From NCBI GenBank assembly GCA_965217775.1, contig CBDCJH010000002.1:3360001-3424000 (forward strand): DNA of 64,000 bases. Reading direction: 5' to 3'. Source of the stretch: Acidobacteriota bacterium. Lineage in GTDB: Bacteria; Acidobacteriota; UBA6911; RPQK01; JAJDTT01. Made by a program: the position numbers and the translations under genes. Below the pieces are notes generated by a model, which was not told the origin of the DNA, did no database searches, and saw only the letters and a list, made by a program, of their open reading frames with translations. Shown piece by piece: positions 59,001-64,000 of the stretch. Every line of letters begins with the position of its first letter. Within the stretch, counting starts at the first letter, position 1.

Positions 59001-59067
59001 CTGCGCCTGGGACATCGACTGGGCGATTCGCAAAATTCGGAAGCAGGTTGAAACCATGCGACAGTGA
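56017..59067 (+). CDS. SF1 (DNA2/NAM7/UPF1-like) helicase with N-terminal Zn-finger and C-terminal DUF559/Vsr-like nuclease
   Basis: CRAC..CHRC; GPPGTGKT, STNNGAVD, IIDEASQ, GDPNQL, HYRS, FQGGE, NVAVSRA; YELDFA..VEVDGDHH..RD..GWDVLRI. Confidence 0.88.
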   Translation: MQNAKLPDDLRLITLKYGGDCRACGTELPPGGRAHWSPSSSAVWCHRCFLEWNGSTEPDTAKNTSQEQWARLCRYLSKCVLAEAANTLARFRDRSRNWFPHDGRSELLVTGLRDSIPVPVALRRHLDQRNDFSYIYGWPTLVAKNQRNHPMIAPLFVVPVRPERRHGVWVVDAKSEPELNLSIVAGDLFDLAMKDEIDAVVDDELPFGDASALARVAREIAGVLNLRIVSGLEPEALRPCHGALGLHNAAVWILADEGRYAHRSLLNELEKLAFRRDWTKTAAACLVPARSSIGKPARQPPKKDTAAPLPCNGSQELTLERLRREPLTVVTGPPGTGKTQLVVNAVANAWLDKETVLVASTNNGAVDVAVDRAGKIGEGMLLRTGNRRHVEKLMDQIPALLGSVGEAPGDPWEDFESEARARAELARTAGRRTRLLADLTEVADLNRKLTAIVERLEELAREIWRNRVRVPNLALASRIVRRWSRRRPSFSRWLLLLKLTGCGKSSPRSELLTRWTEIDRQRTRLTTLLSNLETRIGDPDTSLPRADKDWADASMAAAKTVIRTGVVNGKPALNALNRVPPAGPKIMGAIRDSLTHARGWACTALSMKRNFRLEGGLFDLVIIDEASQCSLATALPLAYRAKRLAVIGDPNQLNPIVTLSDGWLRRIAESEDFEDGDLLRRGIQHKEGSAYRAFEHAGRRASQQPIVLDEHYRSHPMIARWFNNEFYHGELTVLTDVAKMPHNERSIGWVDVLGKARRGRAGSWTNVAEAEYTVRQLANLVSNADGSAGVVTPFAAQAQLIRRLARQRLGEERLADADFVCGTAHRFQGGEKDTIVFSAVLTPGISTRTAAWVERERNLINVAVSRACRSLLVLGHPEIATAGSRTLASLREYICKSMTHDDVPSLEAGKFRTDSRAEARLLDAMRSAGFQPCAKQFIQGYELDFALFERGLWLNVEVDGDHHIDDRGKRRRQDIVRDRVLVGIGWDVLRIPAWRCAWDIDWAIRKIRKQVETMRQ

Positions 59068-59317
59068 AGATCTCAAGGAACTACGGGACTGAGCATATGG
59101 ATTGCCTGGTCCAAGAGGCACAAGGCGCGATGAGGAAAAGAAAACCCCAGTTGAGTCAGGAGCGGACCCGTTGACTGCGGGGGCCTTCTACTTGGGGACA
59201 CTCAAGGGGGTGGACAAGGGCAATTTGCCGTTGCTCGCCCATCACGATCCGAGTTGGGCCGGAATAACTGCGCAACGCAGTCCGCAACCTCTTTGAAACT
59301 GCGTCCTTGACACCAAC

Positions 59318-60796
59318 TTAATCACCGCCAAACCAGCGGGAACTGACGACCTTCTGCTCGGTGTAGAAGTTCACTCCGTCCCGGCCATGGGCATGCAGGT
59401 CACCGAAAAAGGAACCTCTCCACCCGGAAAAGGAGAAAAAGGCCAGGGGCACCGGAACTCCCACGTTGATTCCCACCATCCCGACCTGAACCCGGTTCTG
59501 GTACTCCCGGGCCGCCCACCCGCTCTCGGTGAAAATCGCGGTGCCGTTGCCGAACCGGTTGGCGTTGACCACCTCGATCGCCTCATCCAGGTCCTCTGCC
59601 TGGATGACGCAGAGAACGGGTCCGAAGATCTCGTCCTGGTAGATCTGCATCTTCGGTGAGACCCTCTCGAAGATACTGGGGCCCAGAAAAAATCCCGACA
59701 GACCCTCGACTCCGCTGTGGCAGCGGCCGTCCAGAGCGAGTTGGGCCCCTTCATCCAGTCCGGTCTCAATGTATTCCAGCACCCGGTCCCGGTGAGGTCC
59801 GGAGATCAACGGTCCCAGTTGACTGCCACCGTCGGCGGCGGCCCCCAGCCGCATCGACTCCGCACGGGCCTTGACCTTCTCCAACAGAGGTTCGTGAACC
59901 TCGCCCACGGTCACCACCGCGCTGATGGCCATGCACCGTTCCCCGGCAGACCCGAAGGCGGAACCGATGATGGCGTCGGCCGTCTTGTCCAGGTTGCAGT
60001 CGGGCATGGCCACCAGGTGGTTCTTGGCGCCGGCCAATGCCTGAACCCGCTTTCCGGCCATGCTGGCCGCCTCATAGACATAGCGGGCCACGGGAGCCGA
60101 GCCGACGAAGGAAACGGCCCGGACGTCCGTGTTCTCCACCAACGCCTCCACCGCTTCCCGGTCCCCCTGGACGACGTTGAAGACACCGGGAGGCAATCCG
60201 GCCTCCGCGAACAACTCCGCGAGGCGCAGGGCGGCGCCCGGCACCTTCTCGGACGGCTTCAGAACGAAAGTGTTGCCGCAGGCGATGGCGACGGGATAGA
60301 GCCACATGGGCACCATGGCGGGAAAGTTGAAGGGGGTGATCCCGGCACACACGCCCAGCGGCTGCCGGAAACTGGCGCAATCCAGACCCCTGGAGACGTT
60401 CTCCACCGTCGAGCCCTGGATCAGGGTGGACATGCCGCAGGCGAACTCCACCACCTCGATGCCTCGCCGAACCGACCCTCGCGCTTCCTCCGGGATCTTG
60501 CCGTTCTCCCGGGAGATCCAATCGGCCACCTCCTCCAGATGTTCTTCCAGGAGCTGCTTGTAACGGAACAGGGTCCGGCAGCGCTCCACCACCGGCGTGT
60601 CGCGCCAGCCGGGGAAGGCTGCGGCGGACGAAGCGATCACCTCGTCGACTTCCGCCCTGGTCGCGAAGGGGACATGGGCCAGAAGTTCTCCGGATCCCGG
60701 GTTTCGCAACTCTCCGCACCGAGAGGAGTTCAAGGGGGCCCGAACCCCGTTCACGAACGAATCGACTCGAGGAACACTGTGCTGCATCTTTCCCAC
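59318..60796 (-). CDS. mmsA: CoA-acylating methylmalonate-semialdehyde dehydrogenase
   Basis: ITPFNFPAMVP, KPSEK, GAKNH, GSAGERCMA, EIFGPV. Confidence 0.92.
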   Translation of the reverse strand: MGKMQHSVPRVDSFVNGVRAPLNSSRCGELRNPGSGELLAHVPFATRAEVDEVIASSAAAFPGWRDTPVVERCRTLFRYKQLLEEHLEEVADWISRENGKIPEEARGSVRRGIEVVEFACGMSTLIQGSTVENVSRGLDCASFRQPLGVCAGITPFNFPAMVPMWLYPVAIACGNTFVLKPSEKVPGAALRLAELFAEAGLPPGVFNVVQGDREAVEALVENTDVRAVSFVGSAPVARYVYEAASMAGKRVQALAGAKNHLVAMPDCNLDKTADAIIGSAFGSAGERCMAISAVVTVGEVHEPLLEKVKARAESMRLGAAADGGSQLGPLISGPHRDRVLEYIETGLDEGAQLALDGRCHSGVEGLSGFFLGPSIFERVSPKMQIYQDEIFGPVLCVIQAEDLDEAIEVVNANRFGNGTAIFTESGWAAREYQNRVQVGMVGINVGVPVPLAFFSFSGWRGSFFGDLHAHGRDGVNFYTEQKVVSSRWFGGD

Positions 60797-60874
60797 CTGT
60801 ATCAGTGGACGCCTGGAGACGGTCCGATTGAAACTTGAAAACGGGTCCCGGATCTCCGAGAATGAATCCCACTC

Positions 60875-61825
60875 ATGGGCACCGTCAGAGAAATTTCGGA
60901 AGAGATGGAGATCTTCTCCAAATACTTGAAAGAACGGGGCCTACGCATGACCCACCAACGCCGGAAGGTGGTGCAGAGCTTCCTCCAGACCAGCGGCCAC
61001 GTGAGCATAGATGAGCTACATCAACTGGTCAAGCAGAGTGACCGGCGGATCGGGGCGGCGACGGTCTTTCGCACGCTCAAGGCTTTGACCGCCTGTGGCT
61101 TGGCCCGGGAGGTGGATCTGCACGACGGGCGGACCCGCTTCGAGCCGCAGTACAAGCGGCCCCATCACCACCACATGGTGTGCGTCGAATGCCACAGCAC
61201 CATCGAGTTCCTGAGTCCCGAACTGGAGCAGGTCCAGTCCCGCATCGTGTCCAACTATGGCTTCAATCCGGTCCAACAACAGTTGCAGATCTACGGAGTC
61301 TGTGAAGAGTGCCAGAACCGGATCGAGACCCACCCGGAACCGGTGAGTTCCGATCGGGTCTTTGCCCGGGATGCCTTGAAGATCGCCATAGCGACGGAAA
61401 AACGGGGTGTCAACTTCTACGGCACCGCCTCTGAATTGGTGACCCATGCCTTGACCAAATCCACCTTTCTCAGAATGCTGGAGGACGAGGAAGGCCATCT
61501 GAAGCAGCTTCAGGCGCAATGGGATCGTCTGGTTGCCGAGGATGAGGGGGTGCTGAACGCGCCGGTCTTCCTGGATTTCGACTTCGACTCCCTGAAACAG
61601 ATCTTCCCCGGCAGGGACCAGATCAAGGCCCGACTCAAGGAAAATCTGACTGCAGCCGAGGCCTTGAAGATCGCCATGAAGATGGAGAAGGACGCGTACG
61701 ACTTCTTCCACGACTATGCCGAAAAGTTCGGGGACACCCAGGGCAAGGAGATTTTTCTGAAGTTCGCCGACGAAGAGTGGGAGCACTTCACCGAGATCCG
61801 CAGGGAATACGAAGCCCTGACCTGA
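60875..61825 (+). CDS. Fur-family repressor fused to a rubrerythrin/ferritin-like di-iron domain
   Basis: GLRMTHQR, ATVFRTL, HHHHMVCVEC, C-x2-C; then AIATEK..FY..EDEEGH and AMKMEK..FF..DEEWEH. Confidence 0.85.
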   Translation: MGTVREISEEMEIFSKYLKERGLRMTHQRRKVVQSFLQTSGHVSIDELHQLVKQSDRRIGAATVFRTLKALTACGLAREVDLHDGRTRFEPQYKRPHHHHMVCVECHSTIEFLSPELEQVQSRIVSNYGFNPVQQQLQIYGVCEECQNRIETHPEPVSSDRVFARDALKIAIATEKRGVNFYGTASELVTHALTKSTFLRMLEDEEGHLKQLQAQWDRLVAEDEGVLNAPVFLDFDFDSLKQIFPGRDQIKARLKENLTAAEALKIAMKMEKDAYDFFHDYAEKFGDTQGKEIFLKFADEEWEHFTEIRREYEALT

Positions 61826-61884
61826 CGACCCCTGGCAGAAGCCGTCACGGCATTCGACGATCAATCTTAGACGGAGGCTAGTCG

Positions 61885-62466
61885 ATGCGATGCCGACTGG
61901 AGGGCGGGGTCCTGGAATTGGTCCAGGGGGACATCACCCTCCAGCAGGTGGACGCCATCGTCAACGCCGCCAACCGGCGGCTGGCGGGTGGAGGAGGGGT
62001 GGACGGCGCCATTCACCGGCGCGGCGGGTCTGCCATCATGGAGGAGACCCGGCGCCGGTATCCCGAGGGCTGCCCCACCGGTCAAGCGGTCATCACTGCG
62101 GCCGGAGAACTTCCGAGCCGTTTCGTCATACATGCGGTGGGACCGGTCTGGAGAGGCGGGAACAACGGCGAGCCCGCTCTGCTGGCCTCCGCCTACCGCC
62201 ACTGCCTGGCGCTGGCGGTGGCCAACGATTGCCGGAGCATCGGCTTCCCTTCCCTTTCCACGGGTGCCTACCGTTACCCGGTGTCCAGGGCCGCCCGGAC
62301 CGCCCTCTCCGCCGTCATTGAGTTTTTGGAGGAACGCGAGGCCCCGGAACTGGTCCGCTTCGTCCTCTTCGATGAGGCCACTTATCGAGCATACGCCGGC
62401 ACCCTGGGCGAGAAGACTGGCGTCAGCGGATCTGGAAGGAGTAGAGGTCCGCGTTCTTCAGGATGA
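61885..62466 (+). CDS. macrodomain O-acetyl-ADP-ribose deacetylase (YmdB-like)
   Basis: GDIT..VDAIVNAAN..GGGGVDGAIH, FPSLSTGAY. Confidence 0.92.
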   Translation: MRCRLEGGVLELVQGDITLQQVDAIVNAANRRLAGGGGVDGAIHRRGGSAIMEETRRRYPEGCPTGQAVITAAGELPSRFVIHAVGPVWRGGNNGEPALLASAYRHCLALAVANDCRSIGFPSLSTGAYRYPVSRAARTALSAVIEFLEEREAPELVRFVLFDEATYRAYAGTLGEKTGVSGSGRSRGPRSSG

Positions 62467-63925
62467 AACGGAGCCGCACCGGCTGGTCGAGCTCCTTCAG
62501 GCTGCGCCCGCTCTTCCACTGGACCTTCTGGCCCACTCCGTTCCCTTCGATGGGCCGGCACGCCTCCCGCTCAAAGCCCGCGATCGGCTTGCCGAACTGA
62601 GTGAGGGCTTCCACCCGGAGGGATCCCCTCGCGGCATCGGCGTTCACGAAGAGTTCACTCCCCTGGAAGCGGAGGGGCCAGGTGGTGAGGAGCCCTTCCT
62701 CCCGGCCGGCGCGGACCGAGACGAAACCGTCCGGCCGCAGCCGGGCCAGACCCAGGGCGTCCCCTTCCAGCGTGCGGCCCTTGTATTCGGTGCCGACCAG
62801 CTCGTTGAGGGTCCGATGGGGGACGCTGGAGCCCCGGTAGTAGATCCGGATCTCGTCGTCGCTCAAGACGGCGCATTCGGGATAGACCCGCTTGTCGTCC
62901 CAGGTCCCGGGGGTCCCCTTCAGGAAGATGTGCCGGTCGCCGACCCGGGTCCACTTCTTTCCGTCCCGGCTGAAGGCGAGCTGGGCGTCCAGCGTGAAAT
63001 TGAAACCGTCCAGGAATTCGGGGTCGCCCGTGTATTCGTGATAGACGATCAACATGCCCACGTACCCGCTCTCATAGGGAAAGACGGGCATGTAGTAGAA
63101 CTCGGTGCCGGCGCCGTCCCGCTTGTCAGGCACAACGACCTCTCTGAGGTCCGTCCAAAGGGTGAAATTGAAACTCTCCGCCAGACCGATTAGCCGTGTG
63201 GGGTAGGCTTCCGGAGTCCGGATCTTGGACCAACGCAGGACGTGACCGCCGTTGGGACGGTGATAGTAGACGTAGCGCTCGCGGCGCTGGTCCCAGAAGG
63301 GGGTCGAAAGCCCGTCGCCGGCGGGCACGATCACCGGATACGGGTGCGACTCCCAGTGAAGCCCGTCGGAAGACCAGCCCACACCGATGCCGTAGGTGTC
63401 GTATTTCATGAAGGCCATCTTGTACGGGCGCTCCGGGTCGTGATCGTCATAGAAGACCCTGATCTCGGTGATGTCCTCCGGTATGACGAGCAGGTTGTTC
63501 TTGCGGCTTCCCTGGAATTCCCGGAACCCGAGGTCGGGACGCCGGAATCGGATCCCGTCCCCCGAAGTTGCGAAGCAGAGATAGTTGGTGGACTCGGGGC
63601 GCACGTTGTACCAGAGCTTGTAAAGACGTTCTTTCGGGTCGTAGATCACGTTGGAATAGAGGATCCGGTTGCCCTCCCATGGCCTTTCCGCCTTGAAGAT
63701 GGGATTTTCCGGCGCCTTGCGGGCGACGTGGACCCAACGGGCCACGTTCTCGATCCGGTCGATGAGCCAGTCGTCCAGGAAGAGCTGGCGCTCGGGACCC
63801 AGCTCCCGGACCGGAGCCTGCCGCTTGATATGGTCGAAACCCTGCGCCAGGACCGTCGTGCCCAGCGTTAGACTCAGTACGCCGAGAACGATCGGCCGCC
63901 TCCGGTTTCCGGCCCGCGTCATCAT
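62423..63925 (-). CDS. secreted GH32-like beta-propeller protein
   Basis: RQLFLDD, ENPIF..RPWE, ATSGDG, EFY, SRDG, LRPDGFVS, NADLYSFQI. Confidence 0.72.
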   Translation of the reverse strand: MMTRAGNRRRPIVLGVLSLTLGTTVLAQGFDHIKRQAPVRELGPERQLFLDDWLIDRIENVARWVHVARKAPENPIFKAERPWEGNRILYSNVIYDPKERLYKLWYNVRPESTNYLCFATSGDGIRFRRPDLGFREFQGSRKNNLLVIPEDITEIRVFYDDHDPERPYKMAFMKYDTYGIGVGWSSDGLHWESHPYPVIVPAGDGLSTPFWDQRRERYVYYHRPNGGHVLRWSKIRTPEAYPTRLIGLAESFNFTLWTDLREVVVPDKRDGAGTEFYYMPVFPYESGYVGMLIVYHEYTGDPEFLDGFNFTLDAQLAFSRDGKKWTRVGDRHIFLKGTPGTWDDKRVYPECAVLSDDEIRIYYRGSSVPHRTLNELVGTEYKGRTLEGDALGLARLRPDGFVSVRAGREEGLLTTWPLRFQGSELFVNADAARGSLRVEALTQFGKPIAGFEREACRPIEGNGVGQKVQWKSGRSLKELDQPVRLRFILKNADLYSFQIR

Positions 63926-64000
63926 GTTGGTTCCTCCTGATGTTTCATCCCATCCCGTCGTGGTGCGATCGCCGAAGTATAGCAGCCCGTTGTGGGGATT

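Noticed and set aside
59068-59317. Hairpin-rich region between the convergent helicase and mmsA genes
   Set aside because: Could not assign an ncRNA, terminator or IS end with support

Overview
GC-rich bacterial window, most consistent with Acidobacteriota (inferred from Oar-type TonB-dependent receptors, a GWxTD protein and a split atp operon). 1-33 kb is a glycan/sulfate catabolic region: three sulfatases, five paralogous GH32-like beta-propeller proteins, sialidase/BNR proteins, DUF1080, hydrolases and oxygenases. It is interrupted by a 5'-truncated tnpB and an inverted-repeat-flanked ATPase+DUF4276 cassette. tRNA-Gln(CTG) and atpF'FHAGDC follow. 39.8-59 kb is an accessory block: a complete type I-E CRISPR-Cas locus (40 repeats), a TonB-dependent receptor and an SF1 helicase-DUF559 nuclease. 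mmsA, a Fur-rubrerythrin fusion and a macrodomain gene close the window. The most unusual stretch is 50.86-51.76 kb. There the last, perfect repeat runs straight into about 350 bp of a phage MuF/PBECR2-like RNase gene fragment. This is followed by a 45-bp direct-repeat pair and a leaderless 3-repeat mini-array with a 2-nt-shifted repeat register, whose two spacers look like 5' ends of host genes (xdhC-like, dusB-like). All product calls come from motif recognition, not database searches.
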